Of a DNA stretch of 43,871 nt, positions 16,731 through 28,880 are shown one piece after another. Made by a program: the position numbers and the translations under genes. Location of the stretch: the NCBI GenBank assembly GCA_964016885.1, contig CAXHJY010001293.1, positions 1 through 43,871 on the forward strand, in the 5' to 3' direction. Source of the stretch: Eledone cirrhosa (taxonomy: Eukaryota). The notes below the pieces were generated by a model. It did no database searches, had not been told where the DNA came from, and worked only from the letters and a program-made list of their open reading frames with translations. Position 1 is the first letter of the stretch, and each line of letters starts with the position of its first letter.

Positions 16731-17187
16731 TTAAATGAAAATATATTCTGTATTTGTAGAACAGTTAGAGCCATCCGACAAATTGATTAGTGTTATTTGT
16801 TCCCGGTCTTTACTTTCAAGATGGAAATAAGGCTCTGGGGTCAATTTTACATTTAATCCGCACTGTGACTTTATCACTATATTTTCAGTTGAAGCACATA
16901 GATTTGGAGCATTTTCTGAGGCTTTATTTGTGGAATTCTTCGAAAGGCATAATTTGTCATATACCGTATTTCCCGGCACCGAAGACGCTTCGTCCTCGAG
17001 GACGCACCCTAATTTTGATAACCAAAAATTTGAAAAAAAAATAGTAAACAACTTTCGGCCTCCAGGACGCATGGTAGATTTTTGAGACTTATTTTAGGAA
17101 AAAAGTAGCTTCTTCGACGCCGGGAAATACGGTACCTCCTTGATTTGATCTGTTATCTTCCTATGTGCACAAGAATGAGTAGTCTCC
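16731..17187 (-). pseudogene. Possible decayed exon interrupted by MITE
   Basis: Acceptor-like TTTTTAAATAG; removing the MITE and one TA gives a continuous frame ETTHSCAHRKITDQIKE-VYDKLCLSKN...EYIFI; no recognised homology. Confidence 0.25.
16964..17132. mobile_element. Tc2/pogo-like MITE
   Basis: TIR CCGTATTTCCCGGC/GCCGGGAAATACGG, TA on both sides; second copy at 26743. Confidence 0.88.
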
Positions 17188-17451
17188 TATTTAAAAATAC
17201 CGAAACTATAAGTATTTCCATAGGTTTACTGAACAGAAGGGACACTCGTTTTTATCCGTTGTTTTTGTCTTGTGCGTTCCCCCTTTTTTGATAAAAGTCC
17301 AATTTGGCTTAAAAACCGATTAATGGTGTTTATCATTTTTTTTTTTTCAATTTACAGGAAAGGACATATATTTGGCATGTGTACATGTCTATGTACTAAA
17401 CATGTATAAATTTATATACACATATATACACAGTCTCGGTTACGTCTATTC

Positions 17452-17469
17452 ATAGATAGATAGATAGAT

Positions 17470-17505
<36 letters not shown>
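17452..17505. repeat. (GATA)n microsatellite
   Basis: Direct reading. Confidence 0.95.
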
Positions 17506-17570
17506 TTGGGCATGCCTACAGATATATAGATATTTGAAATGTATGAGCCCCAACGTAAATGATAATAATG

Positions 17571-17603
<33 letters not shown>

Positions 17604-17613
17604 TTAATCGGGT

Positions 17614-17645
<32 letters not shown>

Positions 17646-17657
17646 CATATATATATA

Positions 17658-17694
<37 letters not shown>

Positions 17695-17698
<4 letters not shown>

Positions 17699-17918
17699 AT
17701 CTTTATTTGTTAATCTTTCATTCGCACCGTTTCCTTTCGCTATATGTCTCTCCACCACTCCCCTACACACCTTTTGAACTCTGTACCCACACACTTCTCA
17801 CCTGAGGAAGAGCTTATGCCCGAAACGTCGTCCCCACCTACCCCCCACTCTCCTGAGCGTGAAATTAATAAACATTTATTGTACTGCCTCTCTGTTTTGT
17901 CCCTGTTCAAATTTTTCC

Positions 17919-17920
<2 letters not shown>
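17695..17920 (+). mobile_element. Penelope pLTR-like segment with minimal HHR
   Basis: AC CTGAGGA(17802-08) AGAGC-TTAT-GCCC GAAACG TC|GT, downstream AATAAA, TA tracts both sides. Confidence 0.6.
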
Positions 17921-17959
<39 letters not shown>

Positions 17960-18030
17960 CAGATCTTCAGAAGATCCCGTTAAGGGTGTAAGCAGCGATT
18001 CTTTACTTAAACTTTAATCTGTTATTTTTA
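17960..18030 (+). repeat. Diverged inverted copy of 1076-1138
   Basis: TTCAGAAGATCCCGTTAAGGGTGTAAGCAGCGATTCTTTACTTAAACTTTAATCTGTTATTTT. Confidence 0.85.
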
Positions 18031-18124
18031 TGAATATTTGCTCTGCGGTTTATATATATATTTATATATATATTATCCTTATCGAGCCCTCTTCGGATTT
18101 TAGTCTTCATATTTATTATTATTA

Positions 18125-18670
18125 CTATATATATATATATATATAGTAATATATATATATATATATATATATAGTAATATATATATATATATATATAGTA
18201 ATATATATATATATATATATAGTAATATATATATATATATATATAGTAATATATATATATATATATATAGTAATATATATATATATATATATAGTAATAT
18301 ATATATATATATATATAGTAATATATATATATATATATATAGTAATATATATATATATATATATAGTAATATATATATATATATATATAGTAATATATAT
18401 ATATATATATATAGTAATATATATATATATATATATAGTAATATATATATATATAGTAATATATATATATATATATATATAGTAATATATATATATATAT
18501 ATATATAGTAATATATATATATATATATATATAGTAATATATATATATATATATATATATAGTAATATATATATATATATATATATATATAGTAATATAT
18601 ATATATATATATATATAGTAATATATATATATATATATATATAGTAATATATATATATATATATATATAG

Positions 18671-18704
<34 letters not shown>

Positions 18705-19200
18705 ATATATATATATATATATATAGTAATATATATATATTGTTATACTTTGGGAGGGTCATGTTGCCAAAGTATAACATAACAATATCGGTTTCAACAC
18801 ACGATTTCAGATAAAGAATCTTGCTAAACAAATTCAGAAACGAAATATATATATATATATAGTAATATATATATATATATAGTAATATATATATATAGTA
18901 ATATATATATATATATATAGTAATATATATATATATATATAGTAATATATATATATATATAGTAATATATATATATATATAGTAATATATATATATATAT
19001 ATATATAGTAATATATATATATATATATATATATATAGTAATATATATAGTAATATATATATATATATATATATAGTAATATATATAGTAATATATATAT
19101 ATATATATAGTAATATATATATATAGTAATATATATATATATATATAGTAATATATATAGTAATATATATATATATATATAGTAATATATATATATATAG

Positions 19201-19240
<40 letters not shown>

Positions 19241-19404
19241 ATATATATATATATAGTAATATATATATATATATAGTTATATATATATATATATAGTTAT
19301 ATATATATATATATAGTAATATATATATATAGTAATATATATATATATAGTAATATATATATATATATATATATATAGTTATATAGTTATATATATATAT
19401 ATAG

Positions 19405-19442
<38 letters not shown>
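18125..19442. repeat. (TA)n-GTA array with embedded family F fragment at ~18740-18845
   Basis: Unit TAGTAA(TA)n; insert shared with 25225-25365. Confidence 0.92.
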
Positions 19443-19445
<3 letters not shown>

Positions 19446-19994
19446 CTAGCCGAGAGAGAGAGAGAGCCGTAGACACATACACAAATGGGTGCATATATGT
19501 GTGTATGTATGAGTGAGAAAGTGAGAAAGAGAAGAAAAGTCGACAAGGAAAATCAACAGAGGATAACAATGCATTAAAATGATGATATATATTAGTTTAT
19601 TAACAAATACTTGAAGGTTTCATATATGCGTATTGTGTATGAAGTAGTTACACTACTCACTCTGATAATTGACAAACACTTCTAGACTATGTCTTACAAA
19701 TTTTGAGTTATTTAATAACATAGATGGTCTCGTACTGATGTAAACAAAGCTAGAATTCGATAAAACATTAGATAATTGTTACTGTGTTTGTGCTTGAAAA
19801 CTTTTAATGAGGTCTGTCTTTAAGTTGAGAAACATCTTTTTCTCGAAAAGGTTATCTCCCAAAACAAATCTAACTTTGGTGTTTATTAAATGAAAAAAAA
19901 TATTAATCAACATTTTAAACACCTTTCATATTTATATTGGTTAACTGCGCCAAAATGAAATCGAACTAGAATTATTACTGAGCAGTATATAAAT

Positions 19995-20470
19995 GTGGTG
20001 GATTGGCAGAATTGTTAGAGCGTCGAACAAAATGCTTTATGGCTTTTAGTTATGGCTCCCGGTGGATTGGCAGTATCGGTAGAGGGTCGGACACCATGCT
20101 TTGCAGCATAGAGTTACAGCCCTTTATGATCTGAGTTCAAATCCCACCAAGGTTGACATTGCCTTTCATCCTTACGGAATCGATAAAATAAAGTACCAGT
20201 CAGGCACTGGGGTCGATTTAATCGACTTTTCTCCTCCCCCAAAATTACTGGTTTTGTGCCTATACTAGAAATCATTATGACTTTAAATCCGGCCGAAGTT
20301 AATTTTGCTTTCCATCCTTGATGGTTCAATAAAATAAAGTATCAATCAAATACTAGAATCGATTTAATCGACTTGCCGCACCCTGAAAATTGCTAGCGTT
20401 GTGCCTAAATTAGAAACTACTATTGAGCTATATAATATCGATTTCTAATTTAGGCACAAGGCTACTGAAT
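19995..20470 (+). mobile_element. Cluster of S1 SINE copies
   Basis: GGTGGATTGGCAG heads, B box GAGTTCAAATCC, GCCTTTCATCCTTACGG..TCGATAAAATAAAGTACCAG core. Confidence 0.85.
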
Positions 20471-20474
20471 CTGG

Positions 20475-20890
20475 AGGAAAGCAGCACCAACCGAGTTCAT
20501 AGACGTTATGAAACGATTTTGCTGTGGGTCCACCCTTGGATCTCCTGCCGGTTGGTTTTGACCGTAAAATCTTTTCAGCTATTCTTTCTAAGACATTTTA
20601 GCCACATGTCTGTCATATCAGAGCTATAATGTTTCAATTCGTAGCGGTTCTACCCGGAGTGACTCTATGATCCCTGAGCTGCACACTTTATCCAGTAACG
20701 TTACTCTAAAGACCTTCCGGAGAAACCGCAGTTCGGCCGCTTGTGTTCGCGATCGTATTCTTTCGGTCATTACCGAAGATTTATGACCATGGTTAAGGCT
20801 TGGTATGAATATCAAATGGAAGATAGCTGGTTTGGCTTTTACACCTACCTCCCTTCTTCTGATGACTGAATGCTGAGATAATTTTGTTAT
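20475..20890 (-). mobile_element. RTE-clade non-LTR retrotransposon fragment (post-RT region, frameshifted)
   Basis: KAKPAIFHLIFIPSLNHGHKSSVMTERIRSRTQAAELRFLRKV...LRVEPL, then ERIAEKILRSKPTGRRSKGGP; typical RTE C-terminal motifs. Confidence 0.8.
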
Positions 20891-21119
20891 CATTCGGAAG
20901 GTATTTAATACCAGAGCGGATAGACATTAATACTATACAATATATAATGTTCGTGCCTTCACAATAGAAAATATAAGAAAATATAAACCAGACCTCATGA
21001 TTATGAACCTAACACCTTAACATGGAGGTAAGAGGTATTTAAAGTTGAAGATATCGTTAATATTTTAATTGAAAGGATAGGAAGCAAGACATTAGATCTT
21101 ATAGGAAATAATATATCGA

Positions 21120-21236
21120 ACTACGTGAAATAAAATGTTGTGTTGAAGGAAACACCTCGCCTTTGGGGATTGAACTAACAACCCTACAATCGTGAACTGA
21201 ATAACATGCCTTCACCACAAGGAGGCATGCCTTCAC
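21120..21236 (-). mobile_element. SINE 5' fragment (S2-like head)
   Basis: CGTGAAATAAAATG...AAGGAAACA...CATGCCTTCAC. Confidence 0.55.
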
Positions 21237-21575
21237 ACTGTTCAAAATATGCATATGAAGATTTAATAGTCAACCTAATCTATTGATTTATGATATCGTG
21301 GAACTAATACAATATCGAGAAGTCACTTATCAAAGAAATAGAACAACTTTTGTGTGAAAAGAAAGGTTATAACGAGTTCTCTCTCATTTCAATACACATG
21401 GCATTGTGTTCTTAATAAATCGCACGTTAAACCATTGAAATATTCCAAATTATAGATTTTACCGTGAGATGGCGCCCTTTGTCTGCGAGAAAAATTTCAT
21501 TTCCTTCTGCGATACAACGTAGTGTTTTATTTTCTTATTAATTTTCTTTTTGTTTACAAGTATATATATTTACAT

Positions 21576-21640
<65 letters not shown>

Positions 21641-21834
21641 ATATAAGAACGATATAAATATAAATATATTTATATTTATATATATATATATATTTATATT
21701 TATATCGTTCTTATTTCTGAGTAAACTAGTAGTGGATAAGTCATATTTTGATTGCATACGTTGTTCATGTTTAACACTACGTCAGTCGTATTTGAACCAG
21801 CTTGCTTTCTGTATGTATACACACACAGTCATAC

Positions 21835-21880
<46 letters not shown>

Positions 21881-21883
<3 letters not shown>

Positions 21884-22040
21884 AACAAGTAAGACCCCGA
21901 CGGCTGAGCTCAAGCCGTTTAGACGGCTAATTCTGGACTCAGGGGTCTTACTTGTTCCTATTACCCACTCTACTACCCTAAGTATTGAGTACTTTGGTGC
22001 GTTATGGTCCACCTGGTTCCTTACCACATTTCCTTCGTTA
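21881..22040. mobile_element. Family A head-to-head copy
   Basis: 18-bp arms AGGAACAAGTAAGACCCC/GGGGTCTTACTTGTTCCT; TA flanks. Confidence 0.85.
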
Positions 22041-22048
22041 TATATATA

Positions 22049-22063
22049 TAGAGAGAGAGAGAA

Positions 22064-22119
<56 letters not shown>
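22049..22119. repeat. (GA)n microsatellite
   Basis: Direct reading. Confidence 0.95.
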
Positions 22120-22124
<5 letters not shown>

Positions 22125-22492
22125 ATTCAATGTGGTCTATCTTTCGTAGTAGGGTCTATACCATAGTTAGAATTCAATGTAATCCGTTAGCATGTAGTTC
22201 AGTGAGAGCCATGTTTCGTGTTTCGCTAAGTCAATCTTTCAGATAGAGAGTCTGATGACATATTAGTTTAAGATAGTATAATTGAACCCATATATTGTCT
22301 GATACTATACAGTTCTCTAACTGCTATGGATCAGTCAATATATCAATATGATCAACCCTCCGAAACGATCGTAAAACAATGAAGGAAATATTTTAATTAA
22401 TGAAATATTTTAAATAGCTTGCCTTTGTTATAATTTTTAAACTAATATGTAATATATATATATATATATGCGTGTGTCTATTTATCTCTCTC

Positions 22493-22561
<69 letters not shown>

Positions 22562-22889
22562 TATAGAGAGAGAGAGAGAAAGAGAGAATAAGGAAAATGC
22601 GAAGTTTGGTGTAGATGTTAACATCAAAACTGTGATACATATTTCAATGACGTTCGTGGCTACGTGATTGTTCAATCACGTTACCGGTCTCGCGATATCA
22701 TCAGACAACAACCCCCTTTAGTGAACATATATGATAGAGTACCTATTTTTTAGGGTGATCTATGTCATAATGTTAATAACCTCACCATATCTGATATACG
22801 ATCGACAGTCGATCGACTTTCGTCAAATCGGACCGAGGAAACAATGTTTCCATTGGTCTTTCTAATTGATAATACTCTCTATTGTTCGC

Positions 22890-23024
22890 AACTCCAGGTG
22901 GAAGGAGCAAGGTGAAATAAAGTGTCTTGCCAAAGGACATAACGCATTTCCTAGCTCGGGAATCGAACTCATAACCTCACGATTGCGAATCCAATTCTCT
23001 AACCACTCAGCCATGCGTCTTCAC
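22890..23024 (-). mobile_element. tRNA-derived SINE head
   Basis: Minus: TGGCTGAGTGG A box, GAGTTCGATTCC B box, GACACTTTATTTCAC. Confidence 0.75.
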
Positions 23025-23048
23025 TAAACATTGGGCCTCGTTCTGGAT

Positions 23049-23400
23049 ATACGATATACGATATTACCAATTTTTATATCCTTTAACATGCTCTATATCC
23101 GGTATTTACATTGGTGTGTAGTATGAAACGCATGCTAGTGTATATATATTTTTGTACATCTATATATATATATATACAAAAAAAAAATATATATATATAC
23201 AAAAAAAAAATATATATATATATATATATACACAAAAAATATATATATATATATATATATATATACAAAAAAAATATATATATATATATACATACAAAAA
23301 TATATATACACTAGCATGCGTTTCATACTACACACCAATGGAAATACCGGATATAGAGCATGTTAAAGGATATAAACATTGGTAATATCGTATATCGTAT
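23049..23400. repeat. ~110-bp inverted repeat around (A)n(TA)n spacer
   Basis: ATACGATATACGATATTACC...GCATGCTAGTG and its reverse complement ending at 23400. Confidence 0.9.
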
Positions 23401-23424
23401 AAAGTGATATATATATATATATAT

Positions 23425-24045
23425 TAGAAAGATCGAGTATCGAAAAATCGGCGCACGAGTTCACGATAAACAATATTCGAAATGAGCGGCAGAGGGCTCA
23501 ATAATTCAGATGAATCAGAGCTATAACTATCGTTAAAATACCGTCACACATAGAACAAGTCTAAAATCAACCATACGATAAAAAATCGATAATAGAAGAT
23601 TCGGGACAAACAGATAAAAAATATCAATAAAACAATACATCAATAATTTAACTGAATGTAAAATCATACCCGGACCCACTAGAAAGGTGTTAAATCTAGC
23701 TTCTTGGGTTTCTGTAAATCCTTAGACTGTACTCTATCAGCTCACATATAAATATATAAGACTTCTAGAGCAAGCGGAATGGAAGTTTACTTCATCAACG
23801 AGCTTTTTCCTAGCGGATAAGAGGCTAACTACAAGCGAAATACGCACATGGAATCAGGCAAGGGAGATAACCTCTACATCCGCGAAAACTATTCGAGGAA
23901 ATGTGGAAATACACATATCGAATAAGAGTGCTCAATAGACATGTTAAAATAAAACAGGAGCTATTCATCACTCAATAGAATCGACAAAAAATGAGCAATA
24001 AAATTAACTGGTGGATAGCTATGTCCAGAGCTAAAAATATTAGAA
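23425..24045 (+). mobile_element. Family G; possible decayed Penelope-like remnant
   Basis: Shared 5' part with 10878; weak RKVLNL..LGFCK and RAKNIR-like peptides; TA flanks. Confidence 0.3.
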
Positions 24046-24058
24046 ATATATATATATT

Positions 24059-24091
<33 letters not shown>

Positions 24092-24094
24092 CAC

Positions 24095-24434
24095 TTTAGC
24101 CCCACTCGATCACGATTGACCATAGTTTTGCAACTAGTAAGTTTCCATCCGAGGCACACGCCTGGGCAAGATTTTTTGTGGAAGACCAGTCTCCCCTCTC
24201 TACGCTCACCACCCTCCCCTCTCTACGCCACCGATGTTGTCCAAAGGAAAGGCAATGGCCGATACAGCTTGGCACCAGTGACATCGCAACTCATTTCTAC
24301 ATTTAAGTAAACTGGAGTAACGTGAAATAAAGTGTCTTGCTCAAGGATACAACGCATCACCCGGTCCGAGAATCAAACTCACAACCTCTCAATTGCAAGC
24401 CCAATGCTCTGACCACTAAGCCATGTGCCTTCAC
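24095..24434 (-). mobile_element. tRNA-derived SINE with distinct (RTE-like) tail
   Basis: Minus head TGGCTTAGTGG; CACGCCTGGGCAAG..TGGAAGACCAG tail; related copy at 26978. Confidence 0.8.
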
Positions 24435-24494
24435 TATATATATATATATTATATATAAATATATATATATTATATATAAATATATATATATTAT

Positions 24495-24527
<33 letters not shown>

Positions 24528-24697
24528 TATATATAATATATATATATATATATATATTATATATAATATATATATATATATATGTAATATATATAATATA
24601 TATATATATATATAATATATAATATATATATATATATTATATATAATATATATATATATATATATATGTAATATATATATATATATATATATATATG

Positions 24698-24732
<35 letters not shown>

Positions 24733-24761
24733 ATATATATATATATATATATATATATGTA

Positions 24762-24817
<56 letters not shown>
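24435..24817. repeat. (TA)n then (TG)n
   Basis: Direct reading. Confidence 0.95.
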
Positions 24818-24819
<2 letters not shown>

Positions 24820-24895
24820 AATACTTTCCAGGGATAACTTGAACCGTTAAGGTATATTATCCTTGGTTATGTCAAATATTTATAAAACATTTTGT

Positions 24896-24955
24896 ATTTT
24901 ATCTGATGATAGCGTACCAAAATTTTTGGTACCCTTGAAATATATATAATAGAAT
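24896..24955 (+). ncRNA. Type I hammerhead ribozyme, family E
   Basis: ATTTTAT CTGATGA(24903-09) TAGC GTACCAAAA-T-TTTTGGTAC CCTT GAAA TATATA TA|ATAGAAT; 7-bp stem I. Confidence 0.75.
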
Positions 24956-25021
24956 AAATATGGTTTTATAAATATAGTTTCCATTTATTTAATATCATTG
25001 TGTATATATATATATATATAT

Positions 25022-25200
25022 GTGGATTGGCAGTATTGGTAGAGGGTCGGACGCCATGCTTTGCAGCACTGTTACGTTCCTTTACGGACTGAGTTCAAAT
25101 CCCGCCGAGGTTAACTTTGCCTTTCATCCTTACGGGGTCGATAAAATAAAGTGCCAGTAATGTACTGGGTAATTGCTGGCCTTGTGCCTAAAGTAGAAAC
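25022..25200 (+). mobile_element. S1 SINE with (ATT)n tail
   Basis: B box GAGTTCAAATCC, conserved core. Confidence 0.88.
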
Positions 25201-25221
25201 AATTATTATTATTATTATTAT

Positions 25222-25365
25222 TATTATACTTTGGGAGGGCCATTCTGCCAATAAACACACGTGTATTTTTATTGGCAACATGACCCTCCCAAAGTATAAC
25301 AATATCTGTTTCAACACACGTTTTCAGATAAGAAATCTCGCAAAACAAATTCAAAAACGAATTAC
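25222..25365. repeat. Family F fold-back element
   Basis: TATACTTTGGGAGGG...CCCTCCCAAAGTATA hairpin; homologous to 18740-18845. Confidence 0.7.
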
Positions 25366-25418
<53 letters not shown>

Positions 25419-25612
25419 GCATGCATGTACATGTGTGTTTAGATAGGTACAGTAAGTGAATCTACATACAAGGATATTATAGAGTATACGCTAGTCAAAT
25501 TTATGGATGTTTTCAATATTAATTTTGACCTAACTAAATGTAATATAATATATTTGTTGGAGGAGATAGGCATCTGTTAATAAAATACTACACCAATATA
25601 TTAGCTCATACA

Positions 25613-25664
<52 letters not shown>

Positions 25665-26742
25665 TATATATATATATAAATATATATATAGAGAGAGAGA
25701 GTGTGTGTTTAGTTATATACATATATTTTCTATTACCTATATATATATATAATGTATGTATATATTCCACACTCACACACACACACATATATGTATGTAT
25801 GTGCATGTCTCCATATATGAATATATACATACATCATACCTATATAAGTAAAAAAAAATGTATGTATATTGATATACACATATATATACATGCACATATA
25901 TATATATATACACACACACATATATAAATACATATATATATATTGATTTTAATAAAGTTATATTTTTACTCATATACATATATGAGCTCCTGTTTGTCTG
26001 GTTGTGAGTAAATGCTTGTATCTGTGTGTATACGTATGTTTTATGATATATTACTTTATAAAATGTAATAACTCTACGTTGATATTTTAAATTATCATAT
26101 AATATTGACAGTTTATTTGGCAGCAGTTTTTTATGGATAGATAGAATTTTATTTACCCTCATATATTGTTTCCTATAAGTTCTGATGTTTTGCTTCCTCT
26201 ATGTTCCATTGTAATAACAGCAATACATTCAATTTTATCAAATTCGCTCACACCTCTGTGGTTGCCTAGTAGTTAGAGAATTTAGCCACACGATCGAAAG
26301 ATCTGATTACTTGCTTTAAATGTTCTATCGTAATAACTTAGGTGTAGATATGGTTGTGTGGTAAAACATTTGTTTCGCAATCTTGAGGTCTTAGGTGCGA
26401 TTCCCAATACTGATCAGTTGGACGAACATTTTATCAAACATTTATATTTTCCTAGACAAAACCTATGAAAGTATATTGTTGTAATAACAACGAAGCCTTC
26501 AATATTATCAAATATCTATCACCTCTGTGGTAGTCTGGTGGTTAAAGCGTTGGGCTCGCAATCGTATAGTTTTATGTGCATGTTTCTATATTTTCTATTC
26601 TGAATGTGCAGGGTATAATGTTTACAGTGTTCGGCACATGATTGTCCGCTCAGCTGGATAAAATAAGTTATACATGTGATCTCAGTAAGACACTTTTTAA
26701 CGCTGAAATGCCTGAGAATTTCATGAACATAAACACATATCA

Positions 26743-26910
26743 CCGTATTTCCCGGCGTCGAAGAGGCTACATTTTTCCTAAAATAAGTCTAAAAAATCTA
26801 CTATGCGTCCTGGAGGCCGAAGGTTGTTTATTTTTTTTTTTCAAATTTTTCGTTGTCAAAATTAGGGTGCGTCCTCGAGAACGAAGCGTCTTCGGTGCCG
26901 AGAAATACGG
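26743..26910. mobile_element. Tc2/pogo-like MITE, opposite orientation to 16964 copy
   Basis: CCGTATTTCCCGGC...GCCGAGAAATACGG-TA. Confidence 0.88.
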
Positions 26911-26977
26911 TATATTCTATCTATATATTAAGAGCCCCTTCAGTTTTTGCAATCAGAAAGCACCCCCTCTTATACAC

Positions 26978-27232
26978 AAGACCGGGCAAGGTGTTTTTGT
27001 GGAAAACCAGATGTCGCCTTATGCATACCAGTCTCGCCTTTCCACGTCACCGAAGTTGCCGAAGGGAAGAGCAAAGTTCGATACAGTTTGAAACCAATGA
27101 TGTAGCAAATCATTTCTGAGTGAACTGGTGAAATAAAGTCACAAAGACAATGCAGTGTCCTATCCAAGATTTGAACTTACAACCTCAGGTTTGCGAATCC
27201 AACGCTCAAACCACAAAGCCATGCTCCTTCAT
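26978..27232 (-). mobile_element. Diverged tRNA SINE (24095 type)
   Basis: GGGCAAGGTGTTTTTGTGGAAAACCAG; CCATGCTCCTTCA. Confidence 0.65.
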
Positions 27233-27601
27233 AATCTTTACATAAGAGGAATTAAATAAAATAAATTGATAAATAAGTCAAACGAAAATAACAGTAATAG
27301 AAAACGGTTGCCCAGCATTTAATATATGCAATGGAATTATTCGACTTTCCATACGTGGTTTGGATCTCAGCAGTAAGTGTACTTTTAGTCTCTCAGTCTA
27401 AAGAATTTCATTTCTTCTATGTTCTGAGAAAAGATGTAACGATCGAAGCACGGTTTTCTTTATTTTCCCAAAATTTGAAAGCTTATTATTACTAGTGAAT
27501 ATATATGTGTATATGTGTATATATGTATGTATATGTGTATATATTTGTGTATATATGTGTATAAATATATATGTGTGTGTGTGTAGGTGTGTGTGTGTGT
27601 G

Positions 27602-27982
27602 TAATGTAGGAGGTGAGTTTTATTGTAGCACAATAAAGGAATGCAAATATCGGATAAGTAGCACTCAACAGTTTATAGGACTGGAGTATATATAATATAA
27701 AATCAAAAGATGGTTAAAAGAGTTCCATGTATTTTATTATGCGCATTTCAAAAACAAATATCATCATGGGATGATATTTGCGTTCTCATCCAGATAAAAT
27801 GAGAACGCAAATATTATCCGATGATGATATTTGTTTTTGAAATGCTCATAATAAAATACATGGAACTCTTTTAACCATCTTTTGATTTTATATTATATAT
27901 ACTCCAGTCCTATAAACTGTTGAGTGCTACTTACCCGATATTTGCATTCCTTTATTGTGCTACAATAAAACTCACCTCCTAC

Positions 27983-27986
<4 letters not shown>
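27602..27986. mobile_element. Family D near-perfect hairpin (~188-bp arms, 9-nt loop) with degenerate HHRs
   Basis: Arms 27602-27789 and 27799-27986; plus arm TTAT CCGATGA...GAAA TGCTCA TA|ATAA (minus arm has TGCGCA). Confidence 0.8.
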
Positions 27987-28047
<61 letters not shown>

Positions 28048-28091
28048 CACACACCACACACCACACACCACACACACACACCACACACACA

Positions 28092-28160
<69 letters not shown>
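27987..28160. repeat. (TA)n/(CA)n
   Basis: Direct reading. Confidence 0.95.
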
Positions 28161-28164
<4 letters not shown>

Positions 28165-28559
28165 GTGTGTGTGTGGAAGTTTGCTTGAAGCATTGTGTTA
28201 CATGAAAAGTGGTTATATCATGAAAGCTGCAACAATGCAAATGGGGTTGTACGTAGTAAGGTAACAAAATCGGGTGAGGGATGAGACCGGGGTGGTTGAG
28301 GAAAGAAATGAAGGGATAACAAGAGCCTACGTCACCACCGTTTAGCTTCCAGGATCAATATATTTAATAAACACCAGTAATATGCTGGAGTTAATTCAAT
28401 CAAATATACACCCCAGCTTTCTCTGCATGAATTGGCTTCGTGCCTGTTGGAAAGAAAGAAATATAGAGTAAATTTAATTATTGATATGATATATCAAATT
28501 TACTATCACGACAACAATATACACAAGTTTAAAATACGTCTAGCTATCTCGGTGTTATG

Positions 28560-28591
<32 letters not shown>

Positions 28592-28724
28592 CATGGAAAG
28601 TTATATTTAAATTGTTGGGTTACAACTAGTAAATATTTATAACTGATATAAAAGCACTCAACAAGTATTTGGAGTATATTTACGATATTAAATAAATGGA
28701 AACTATATTTATAAAACCATATTT

Positions 28725-28788
28725 ATTTCATTATATATATTTCAGGGATATCATATTAACAATATGTTATGCCTTCTTCAGACAAAAT
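28725..28788 (-). ncRNA. Type I hammerhead ribozyme, family E
   Basis: Minus: ATTTTGT CTGAAGA AGGCATAACATATTGTTAATATGATATCCCT GAAA TATATA TA|ATGAAAT. Confidence 0.72.
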
Positions 28789-28880
28789 ACAATATAGACA
28801 GTTTTATAGATAAATAGATTTGACATACCGTTCAACATCGACTTGTATTTGAAATTTATCTATTAAACTGTCTATATTGT

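Noticed and set aside
22252-22380. CTGATGA...GAAACGATCGTA possible HHR
   Set aside because: Stem III is palindromic, but stems I and II do not pair next to the core; at best a decayed copy.
22805-22840. Minus-strand GAC GAAA GTCGATCGAC palindrome
   Set aside because: No CTGANGA core and position 17 would be G.
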